From the NCBI GenBank assembly GCA_025999155.1, contig AP026679.1, positions 163,996-227,995 on the forward strand: a stretch of DNA of 64,000 bases. Reading direction: 5' to 3'. Shown one piece after another: positions 1 to 8,693 of the stretch (within the stretch, counting starts at the first letter, position 1; each line of letters opens with the position of its first letter). Under the pieces are notes generated by a model. It saw only the letters and a program-made list of their open reading frames with translations. It did no database searches and was not told where the DNA came from. This stretch comes from Candidatus Dojkabacteria bacterium. Lineage in GTDB: Bacteria > Patescibacteriota > Dojkabacteria > JAOAGR01. The translations under genes and the position numbers were made by a program.

Positions 1-175
1 CGACATATGCTAATTTGATCTTACCATCTTGATGTAAATCAAATAGTCTTTTCAAAATGATCAAACTAAAAAAAGAAGAACCGTAAAATGAAATTGACAT
101 GATCAAATTATAGACTTACTTAACTAAAATTGAAACCATAAAAAAACTCACCCAATTCAAAACACTACTCACAAA

Positions 176-970
176 TTACAATAGATGATGTTGTTTTATA
201 GCTAATATAGCCATGAAAAGAGGAAATTCTTGCCTTGCACGATTTTCCATCCTGCTTGCTTTACCTACACTCACTTTATCCGATACCCATTCTTCGATCG
301 CTGTTACTACAAATCCATTTTGATTTAATTCTTTGATATATGTAGACAAAGGTCTATGAAATGACCATGTAATGTTACTTGTATCTCTACCTGGGTGCAT
401 GTATATAGGAATTTTTAACTCTGTCAAATACCGATCAACCCTTCTATATTGTAATTTTTTTGACTCATCAATACCCCACGATGTCTGCCTTGGAATACGA
501 AAATATGGATGATTCAACACTATTAGAAATTTTCCACCTTGTTGCAAATGATAATTTACATTCGTAAAAACCGCAGAAATATCATCAATATTTTGCATAG
601 CAAGAATAATCACAGCATGAGTAAAATCATTTTTCTTAATAGGTAACTTAGCTGTTATATCGGCTACATAAAACTTATGTCTATTGCTGTGCTTAGATTG
701 CTTAGCGTATTTAATCAAACTTTCTGATGAATCAATACCAAGATAATAAATCTTTTTTTCAATATACCTCGAAAAAACTCCTTCGCCACAACCCAAATCT
801 AACACACTAGAATCTGCTTTTAAATCAAGTAATTCTAAAGACTTAGGAATAATAACATGACGATGATAATATAGCCCATATTCTCCTACAGCTCTTCGAT
901 ACCATTTAGCAACATGTTGCCATGAGGTATCTTGCTGTTTGTATTTATATATTCTTGGCTTTTTAACCAT
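176..970 (-). CDS. Class I SAM-dependent methyltransferase
   Basis: Motif I VLDLGCGEG, motif II YLGIDSS, LQQGGKFLI; start overlaps the rnpA stop by 8 nt. Confidence 0.88.
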   Translation of the reverse strand: MVKKPRIYKYKQQDTSWQHVAKWYRRAVGEYGLYYHRHVIIPKSLELLDLKADSSVLDLGCGEGVFSRYIEKKIYYLGIDSSESLIKYAKQSKHSNRHKFYVADITAKLPIKKNDFTHAVIILAMQNIDDISAVFTNVNYHLQQGGKFLIVLNHPYFRIPRQTSWGIDESKKLQYRRVDRYLTELKIPIYMHPGRDTSNITWSFHRPLSTYIKELNQNGFVVTAIEEWVSDKVSVGKASRMENRARQEFPLFMAILAIKQHHLL

Positions 971-1334
971 TACTTATATCAACAGAATTTCGGTTATTAA
1001 TTCGATTCAACAAATCAGTGAAGTCTTCTTTTACTATATTAAAACCTATTTCAGATACTACTAACTTCAGGTTAACCAAAGGACGAATCGCTATAAACAT
1101 CGGCTTAATATCCTTGCTGGGTAGAAAATATCTTCTTACAATTTCACGCATTATACGTTTAGCATATACTCGATGTACAGGCTTGCGTATAGTTTTTGAG
1201 TCTGTTATAAAGGCAAATTTCAATTCATCAGCTTCGACCCAAATCATAGAAAAAAATTTCGAATACTTACGTGTACCAAACTTAAAAAGCCTCTGAAAAT
1301 CACGTCTTCTTTTTAAAGAATATTGTTTTGGCAC
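963..1334 (-). CDS. rnpA: Ribonuclease P protein component
   Basis: N-terminal LKRRRDFQRLFKFG, degenerate RNR helix (PVHRVYAKRIMREIVR), directly downstream of rpmH. Confidence 0.85.
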   Translation of the reverse strand: MPKQYSLKRRRDFQRLFKFGTRKYSKFFSMIWVEADELKFAFITDSKTIRKPVHRVYAKRIMREIVRRYFLPSKDIKPMFIAIRPLVNLKLVVSEIGFNIVKEDFTDLLNRINNRNSVDISNG

Positions 1335-1350
1335 AAGGATGTCTACTTCA

Positions 1351-1533
1351 TCATCTTCGAGTATGTGTCGATGCTTTCTTTAAGATTCTCATTTCATCAG
1401 AAACAGTCAAAATTTTTCTACCCCTCTTCCTACGACGTTTTATCACGTTACGTCCATCTTGGGTACTCATCCTTTTCAAGAAACCATGTTTTTTTACTCG
1501 AGCGATCTTTTTCGGCTGCCAAGTCCTTTTCAT
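1351..1533 (-). CDS. rpmH: 50S ribosomal protein L34 with short C-terminal extension
   Basis: MKRTWQP...[29 protein letters not shown]. Confidence 0.97.
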   Translation of the reverse strand: MKRTWQPKKIARVKKHGFLKRMSTQDGRNVIKRRRKRGRKILTVSDEMRILKKASTHTRR

Positions 1534-1759
1534 ATTAGTTCAAATTCACAAATAGAATAGATAAACTGATAATACAATATTCAGCGACTAAAATCCACTA
1601 CTACGCTGTTCAAAGACGCCCAAACTACCACATGATCGTATCATTTTTTTGGGTATCATTTAGAGTAAATCAAATCTTTGGAAATATTTTACAAAAACGC
1701 TACCGTACACATTAGCTCAGTTAAATTCATGTAAATCCCCATTCACTCTACTTTATAAA

Positions 1760-3979
1760 TTAATTTACTACTTCATCTTGCTTCTTTTGTTTAGCTTTTT
1801 GAATCTCTTTTATATCAGGATAATTAGGATGCGCCCAAAAATAGCCGAAACGACCTTTTCTTAATATCATTTTTTGACCGTCACTAGCAATCGGAGGCTT
1901 ACCAAACATTTTCTCAATAGCATCATCAGTCAATTCCAAAGGCTTTGTTATTTTTACCTTAGGGTAATCTGGATGTGCCCAAAATCTACCAAATCTACCT
2001 TGCTTTAATACAAAATCTCTGCCATCTTCAGTTTTCGGAGCTGGTTTATACTTGGAGTCTAACGTCTCACCATCAACAAGTTTTTGATTATCCGGAGACT
2101 CGTAACTGAGACTTTTAATGCCTTTACATTTAGGGAAATCAATGCATGAAAGAAAAACACCATACTTCCCTAATTTTTTTAACATTGGCTTACCACATAA
2201 ATCACAAGTTTCATTACTTTGACCTAATATAACCAAATCTTCTTTGTTTATTTCCTTTTCTTTTTGCTCTAATTTGTCACTAAATGGCCGAAAAAACTGG
2301 TCTATCATCGGTTGCCAACCTATTTTCCCTGCAGCAATATCATCAAGGCGATCTTCCATACGTGCAGTAAACTCTATATCTACAATTTCATTAAAATGCT
2401 GTTTTAACATATTGACTACAACGATACCGGTTTCTGTAGGATATAAATATTTTCCATCTTTTTTGACATAATCCCTCTCTAGAATGACAGAAAGTATTGT
2501 TGCATAAGTACTTGGTCTCCCTATACCATATTTCTCCAAATCCTTTATCAAAGATGCCTCAGTATATCTTGCTGGCGGTTGCGTAAAATGTTGGTAACCC
2601 CAAACTTCATACGGGTATAAAACAGCGTTATCTGAGATTGCATCTATTAATTCTAAAGTTTTCGTATCTTGACTTGTATCATATAACTTTAACCAGCCAT
2701 CAAATTCACATTTTGTTGCCGTTGCAGAAAATTCTAAAGTCTGGATTTGTTCATCATGAAGTTCTGATACAACCACAACTGTTTTTTGTAAAAACACAGC
2801 TTCTCGCATTTGTGACGCTAGAGCTCTACGATAGATCAAATCATAAACCTTTTGATCTTGAGTAGAAAAGAGTTTAGGTAATTTCCGAACACGGAAATCT
2901 GTAGGTCGTATAGCTTCATGGGCCTCTTGAGCTAACTTTGCCTTATTCTTAAACTGATGTACTTTATCTGGCAGATACGGGTCTCCATATAATTCTTTTA
3001 TAAGTTTTCGTGCTGCATTGATAGCTATATCCGACACGTATACACTATCGGTTCGCATATATGTGATCAACCCATTTTCATAAAGTTTTTGTGCAGATCG
3101 CATCGCACTCTTAGCACTCATGCCTAATACATTCACGGCTGCCTGCTGGAATGTTGCAGTCGTAAATGGGGGATGAGGCTTTTTGACAACTTTTCTGTCC
3201 GTAATACGATGAACTTTAAAAGTGTTCTGAGTAATCACTCTGCTAATACGTTCAAATTCTTCCTGATTTCGAATTCTCGCTGTTTGTCCGTTAATCTTTT
3301 TAAGAGTTAGTACAAATGTGTCTTCATTAAGATCTGGACGATTTTGATCACTATAAAAAGCTTTGACAGATGAGGTATCCACATAACTAAAAGACGGCAA
3401 TACATGACATGACCAATATTCTTCAGATTTGAAATTTTGTCTTTCTAGCTCGCGATCGACAATCAGCCTTAAGGCAACACTCTGTACTCTTCCTGCTGAC
3501 AAACCGTAACGGATTTTCTTCCATAAGAAAGGGGATAAACTATACCCTACCAGGCGATCTAGTATACGTCTTGCTTGCTGTGCATCGACAAGATTTTGAT
3601 CAATGTCGCGCTGATTTTGAATAGCTTTTAAAATTGCTGATTCTGTTATTTCATGGAATACAATTCGTTTTACATCTTTATTTAAACCAATAATAAGATT
3701 TTTTATATGCCAAGCTATAGCTTCACCTTCTCGATCGGGGTCTGTCGCTAAAATCACGTTCTCGGCATCGCGTGTAAGCTTACGAATTTCTTCAATCACA
3801 CTTTCCTTACCTTTAATCACCTGGTACATAGGCTCATAATTATTTGTTATATCAACTCCAAGTTTAGACTTAGGCAAATCCACTACATGTCCTACAGATG
3901 AAATCACTTTATAGTCTGGACCCAAATATTTATTGATAGTTTTAGCTTTTGATGGAGACTCAACTATAACCAAATGCAT
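1760..3979 (-). CDS. topA: DNA topoisomerase I (type IA)
   Basis: LVIVESPSKAK, ATDPDREGEAI, SAGRVQS, ITYMRTDS (catalytic Tyr), AQEAHEAIRPT, GIGRPSTY. Confidence 0.97.
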   Translation of the reverse strand: MHLVIVESPSKAKTINKYLGPDYKVISSVGHVVDLPKSKLGVDITNNYEPMYQVIKGKESVIEEIRKLTRDAENVILATDPDREGEAIAWHIKNLIIGLNKDVKRIVFHEITESAILKAIQNQRDIDQNLVDAQQARRILDRLVGYSLSPFLWKKIRYGLSAGRVQSVALRLIVDRELERQNFKSEEYWSCHVLPSFSYVDTSSVKAFYSDQNRPDLNEDTFVLTLKKINGQTARIRNQEEFERISRVITQNTFKVHRITDRKVVKKPHPPFTTATFQQAAVNVLGMSAKSAMRSAQKLYENGLITYMRTDSVYVSDIAINAARKLIKELYGDPYLPDKVHQFKNKAKLAQEAHEAIRPTDFRVRKLPKLFSTQDQKVYDLIYRRALASQMREAVFLQKTVVVVSELHDEQIQTLEFSATATKCEFDGWLKLYDTSQDTKTLELIDAISDNAVLYPYEVWGYQHFTQPPARYTEASLIKDLEKYGIGRPSTYATILSVILERDYVKKDGKYLYPTETGIVVVNMLKQHFNEIVDIEFTARMEDRLDDIAAGKIGWQPMIDQFFRPFSDKLEQKEKEINKEDLVILGQSNETCDLCGKPMLKKLGKYGVFLSCIDFPKCKGIKSLSYESPDNQKLVDGETLDSKYKPAPKTEDGRDFVLKQGRFGRFWAHPDYPKVKITKPLELTDDAIEKMFGKPPIASDGQKMILRKGRFGYFWAHPNYPDIKEIQKAKQKKQDEVVN

Positions 3980-4098
3980 CGTTCAAGATTATTAAAACAC
4001 ATAAAAGAAAAGTCAAGTAACAACTAACATTCTCTAACGATACTCATTTTATTGTTATAGACAATAATGTTCTATTTCATGTAGAATATAAACAGTCA

Positions 4099-4182
4099 GG
4101 CGAGATGGTGGAATGGTAGACACGCTACCTTGAGGTGGTAGTGCTTTACAGCGTGGGGGTTCAAGTCCCCCTCTCGTCACCA
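4099..4182 (+). tRNA. tRNA-Leu(GAG)
   Basis: Acceptor GGCGAGA/TCTCGTC, anticodon arm CTACC-TT GAG GT-GGTAG, long variable arm, T-loop TTCAAGT, encoded ACCA. Confidence 0.96.
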
Positions 4183-4608
4183 TTCTGCAATCATATCCTA
4201 TATAGTCTCGAACGAGCGAATTATAAGATATCAAATATGATTCCAAAATAAAAATCTCAGCCACTTTACCTAAATATATTGCTTTATCGATTTATAACGG
4301 TACAACCCTTTCTTCCGCAAAGACTCATAGCAAAATAGATCTAACTTGTAATTATGATATAATGCTTAAGATTCGTGATTTGTGTTTTTCAAAACGTTTA
4401 TTGTAGTTTTATTTATTAAATAGTTTTAGTTATTAACATATAAAAATAAATAATTATGGCTATCATAAGTTACGGGACATCGCAACATACAGCTTTTGAC
4501 AACACTGAATATGCTGGACATACTAGTGTCCAATTATTTTAACAAATGCAGTAGATTATAATGGTTTCGCGGACAAACCTTACTTTAATTACAAATTCCC
4601 TAAAAAAT

Positions 4609-6513
4609 ATGGCTAAAAATAAAAGTAGATATTCTAAATTCAAATCTCGAAAATCTAACGAACCCAATAATACCAAAAGATATACAAAACAAAACTACAG
4701 AAATAATCAAAGCAAAAACCAAAAAACAGATCAACAATCAAGGAAAAAAGAAATTAGACATTCGACAAATATTATAAAACGTAAGCCGTATCCGGAAGAA
4801 TTATTACACACATCTAATGCTCTAAATTGGGGAGACCGCTCACAATATAAATTTAAAGACTTCAATGGTCAAAAAGTCAGGATAATACCAATCAGTGGTT
4901 TACGAATGATTGGAACTAATTGTACTGTTATCGAAGACGATCAAGACATTATCATAATAGATGCAGGTCTCGGCTTTCCTGAATTTGATCTTGCAGGTGT
5001 TGACGCTTTAGTACCAAATTTAAGCTACTTAAATGATCGAAAAGATCGTATTAGAGGTATAATCATAACTCATGGCCACACGGATCATATCGGAGGACTA
5101 CATTATATATATGAAAAGATAGGATGTCCTCGCGTCTATGCACCACGACTCGCGGCGGAAATGATCAAAGATAAGTTTAAAGAACTGAAGCTCGAACACT
5201 TACTGAAAATTAGTACTATAGATTCTGACAGTAACTACTACCTCGGAAAATTTAAGATTTCTCATTTTCGTATGAATCATACGATAATGGATAATTATGG
5301 AATTTGCATAGACACACCTGTCGGTCGTATAGTGACGCCCAGCGATTACAAAATAGACTTAACTCCTTACAAAGAACCGCCTTCGGACTATTCAAAACTG
5401 ACCAAGCTTGGAGATGAAGGAGTACTACTATTAATGGATGAATCAACAAATGTCAAACTCAAAGGCTGGGCTCCATCAGAAACATCAATTGCTGAAGATT
5501 TAGAAAACACTATTCGAGATGCTGACGGAAGGTTGATCATTGGTTTATTTTCAACCATGATTAGCCGAATGCGTCAAATTATTGAAATAGCAGCACATTA
5601 CAATAAAAAAATTGTTATTTCTGGCAAATCTCTTGAAACAAATATAAGAATTGCGCACCGATTAGGATATATCGACGTTCTAAATTCTGTGTTTATACCT
5701 CCTGAAGACATGGATAGATTCCCAGATAATGCGATAGTCATATTAACTACAGGGTCACAAGGCGAACCAAATGCTGCTCTAATGCGAATGGCTCAGGGAG
5801 AACACAATCGTATCACATTAAAACCTACAGACACTATCGTCTTTTCTTCATCTCGAATTCCGGGGAATGAAAATAAAATTGATAGACTTATCAATCTACT
5901 TGCAGCAAAAGGATGTCGTATTCTGACATCAGATAACCTAGTATTACACGCATCAGGACACGGGCACAAAGAAGATCACAAACTAATGCTGCAATTAGTA
6001 AAACCAAAGTTTATTATGCCGATACATGGTGAACCTTCTATGCTTGCAGCTAATAAGGAAAACGCTATGACACTGGGCTACAAAGAAGAACAGATTATCA
6101 TCGCAAAGGATGGAGACGTAATTGAACTGTGGCCTGGTGGATGGGAAATAGTGAATCATATTAACTCTGAACCATTGTGGGTAGAAGGTAATAGAGTAGG
6201 AGACTTCGATATGTCAATCATTAATGAAAGAAAAATCATGACAGAAGAAGGTGTCATCGTCCTGACCATAAAAATGAATACGAATAATCAATACAGTTAT
6301 GAGGATTTTGAGATCCAAACAAAAGGTTTTTTTGTACAGAGCAAAGATACATTTATACAAAAGGAACTTTCCGAAGCCATTTTACGAACTCTTAATCAGC
6401 TGAAACCAGAATCTGACAAAGACACAATACACAACATCATAAAATTTCTGATTGAACAGGAGATTGGACGTAATTACCAAAAAAAACCTCTAATTGTTAT
6501 AAGCATACTTTAA
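4609..6513 (+). CDS. rnj: Ribonuclease J with basic low-complexity N-terminal extension (alternative start 4561)
   Basis: THGHTDHIG (HxHxDH), TGSQGEP, IPGNE, HASGHG, MPIHGE. Confidence 0.94.
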   Translation: MAKNKSRYSKFKSRKSNEPNNTKRYTKQNYRNNQSKNQKTDQQSRKKEIRHSTNIIKRKPYPEELLHTSNALNWGDRSQYKFKDFNGQKVRIIPISGLRMIGTNCTVIEDDQDIIIIDAGLGFPEFDLAGVDALVPNLSYLNDRKDRIRGIIITHGHTDHIGGLHYIYEKIGCPRVYAPRLAAEMIKDKFKELKLEHLLKISTIDSDSNYYLGKFKISHFRMNHTIMDNYGICIDTPVGRIVTPSDYKIDLTPYKEPPSDYSKLTKLGDEGVLLLMDESTNVKLKGWAPSETSIAEDLENTIRDADGRLIIGLFSTMISRMRQIIEIAAHYNKKIVISGKSLETNIRIAHRLGYIDVLNSVFIPPEDMDRFPDNAIVILTTGSQGEPNAALMRMAQGEHNRITLKPTDTIVFSSSRIPGNENKIDRLINLLAAKGCRILTSDNLVLHASGHGHKEDHKLMLQLVKPKFIMPIHGEPSMLAANKENAMTLGYKEEQIIIAKDGDVIELWPGGWEIVNHINSEPLWVEGNRVGDFDMSIINERKIMTEEGVIVLTIKMNTNNQYSYEDFEIQTKGFFVQSKDTFIQKELSEAILRTLNQLKPESDKDTIHNIIKFLIEQEIGRNYQKKPLIVISIL

Positions 6514-6580
6514 TTGTCGTGTCAGAACTATTTATCAACTCTATAGATCACACGAAATCAATTTAATGCTGGAGTAAAAT

Positions 6581-8002
6581 TTATCCAAGAAACTTACGAG
6601 CTGGATCTATAAGGAATTTTTTCAACGCTTTACGTCCGATGATCACTTCATACAACATTTCTTTTCTATGAGTAATAGTAAACTTTGTTGCTTGCTTGAG
6701 ACCAGACATCGAAAAAGGAATTTTGAGAACTGGCCTCAAATCAATTCCAGTACTCTGCTTAACTAAAGCAATGTCCACAATTTGTAAGTCATCCTCGAAA
6801 TACTTTTGAGCAAGTAGTTTTACTTTACGACCTTCTTTTAAGGTTGAAAATCGATGTTGTTTCTCAAACTCTTCAAAACGGTCTAATATCTCGTTATACC
6901 CCAATGATCGTGCAAGCGTTTCATCCATAGCAGACCATAAGGCCCCTGTATCATTACGAGCTTTGACTTTATGTATATTTCCCCTAGTATCTGTAAAATA
7001 TACATACTCAACCCTACCCACTAATTGTTTACCAGAAACCTCTTCAATTTCTTCTTCTATTTCACCTCCAAATAAATGTTTGCCTATTTGTATTCCTTTA
7101 CGTACGGATGAAATTTGCAACCCACTAACTCTTTCTAGCCGACCCTTAAGCCCATCAGCATTAGCAATCTGAATGGCCAAACCTGGACGAGCATTTAATT
7201 CTAAAACCATAGGTCCTTGCGCACGATCAATTACCAAATCTACCCCCAAAAAACCAATACCAGTACACTGTTGGGCAAGCACAGCCATCTCTAAAATTTT
7301 TTCCCAATACGGTATTCGAATCCCACGCAATAATGCGTCTGTATCAGGATGCCGCTCAATTAATTTACCTTTGTGCAAAGCCGTGGTTGTCGTACCACTT
7401 GCAAGATCGATACCTACAGCAACACCTCCGGCATGTAAATTTGCTTTACCATCACTTTCTTTCGTAGGTAAGCGCAGCATAGCCATTACTGGCACGTTAT
7501 TGAACACTATCACCCGTATATCTGGAATACCTCTATACGAATAATGCTTGAATTCTGGATGCATCATCACGCGCTCTTCAAAAAATGCACTATCAGGACG
7601 ATTTTTAAGAGAAAAATTACCTTCTAAAATACTTCTAATATGATTTCGTAAATCTTCTTGGGAATACCTAGTCTTATCAGCCTTAACCCATCGCCCATTA
7701 CTGTCTTTTGAAAAAAACACTATGATTCCTTCCCCTCCAAACCCATATTTAGGTTTAATCACAACACTATCGGGTAATTGGTTAAAATTAAATTTTTTCA
7801 AAGCTTTATGGCTTGTAATTTTTGTGATAAGTCTTGGTGTTTTAATACCATTTTCAAGTAAAATTTGCTTTGTTAAAAGTTTATCATCTGCAATTTTTCG
7901 TACAGCCGCAGAATTATACAATCGAATATATTTCAAGTTTCTTTCATTAATACATAGAATTGCCCTGTAATTTTCAAAAAACTTAATTATTTTTTTTATC
8001 AT
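6581..8002 (-). CDS. Alpha-L-glutamate ligase-like ATP-grasp protein fused to a C-terminal retropepsin-like aspartic protease domain
   Basis: INERN..YI..YN, ADDKLLTK, VIKPKYGFGGEGI, PDIRVI, AMLRLPT..SDGKANLHAGG, LELNARPGL; C-terminal NDTGA and VIIGRKAL. Confidence 0.85.
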   Translation of the reverse strand: MIKKIIKFFENYRAILCINERNLKYIRLYNSAAVRKIADDKLLTKQILLENGIKTPRLITKITSHKALKKFNFNQLPDSVVIKPKYGFGGEGIIVFFSKDSNGRWVKADKTRYSQEDLRNHIRSILEGNFSLKNRPDSAFFEERVMMHPEFKHYSYRGIPDIRVIVFNNVPVMAMLRLPTKESDGKANLHAGGVAVGIDLASGTTTTALHKGKLIERHPDTDALLRGIRIPYWEKILEMAVLAQQCTGIGFLGVDLVIDRAQGPMVLELNARPGLAIQIANADGLKGRLERVSGLQISSVRKGIQIGKHLFGGEIEEEIEEVSGKQLVGRVEYVYFTDTRGNIHKVKARNDTGALWSAMDETLARSLGYNEILDRFEEFEKQHRFSTLKEGRKVKLLAQKYFEDDLQIVDIALVKQSTGIDLRPVLKIPFSMSGLKQATKFTITHRKEMLYEVIIGRKALKKFLIDPARKFLG

Positions 8003-8672
8003 GTTGTATGCTCTTATATACGCTCCAAAATCTTAAATATTCTGTTAATCTCATTCCCGAATAACGCCCAATTAATAAACTCAATATAATAAAGACAATT
8101 GATATTATCGGGTTAGATAAAACAAATTTTTGTACTCCATCCAAAGATATTAAAAACGCTCCAGAAATACTGACTAATAGAGTATTGATAAATAAACTAC
8201 GAGCAGTTTTTATTCCTTTTTGTATTTGTTGAGAAGCAAAAATTTCAGTCAAGGACAACAGTAATATAATTACTAAAGGTTGAATGCGTATCGAACCAAC
8301 TAAGTTTTGAAGAAACAAATAATACGTAGCGAAAAATAAGCTAAAAATCGTGGCAGATACTAACAAAATGACGACACTAATACGTGCCCAATAATGTAAC
8401 TGTAAATTCAGTGTTAATTTTTTAAAATAATAAGCAATAAAAAATGTATAAATTGATATTAATACCCCAAGTATTATTGACATCACAGTACTATCAGGAA
8501 TCAAAAAAGCGAAAGCATAAGTCAATACCAAAAAGACATTTATAGACATCGTTTTGATCCCTATAAAATAACGCCAAATTAAACCTATACTGACAACTAT
8601 AGGTACAATAAGAAGCGTGTAAACAAATAATTCAGCATTTACCACACCATTTATTACACTGTTTTCTAGCAT
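7983..8672 (-). CDS. Multi-pass membrane protein of the 7TM family associated with alpha-L-glutamate ligase-like genes
   Basis: About 7 hydrophobic segments; WRYFIGIKT and C-terminal IGRYSGMRLTEYLRF; overlaps the ligase start by 20 nt. Confidence 0.8.
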   Translation of the reverse strand: MLENSVINGVVNAELFVYTLLIVPIVVSIGLIWRYFIGIKTMSINVFLVLTYAFAFLIPDSTVMSIILGVLISIYTFFIAYYFKKLTLNLQLHYWARISVVILLVSATIFSLFFATYYLFLQNLVGSIRIQPLVIILLLSLTEIFASQQIQKGIKTARSLFINTLLVSISGAFLISLDGVQKFVLSNPIISIVFIILSLLIGRYSGMRLTEYLRFWSVYKSIQHDKKNN

Positions 8673-8693
8673 GGCTGCATTTTAACAACAAAT

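Noticed and set aside
1534-1759. oriC next to rpmH
   Set aside because: No TTATCCACA cluster and no dnaA; topA is adjacent
4055-4264. 69-aa minus-strand ORF
   Set aside because: Antisense shadow of tRNA-Leu(GAG)
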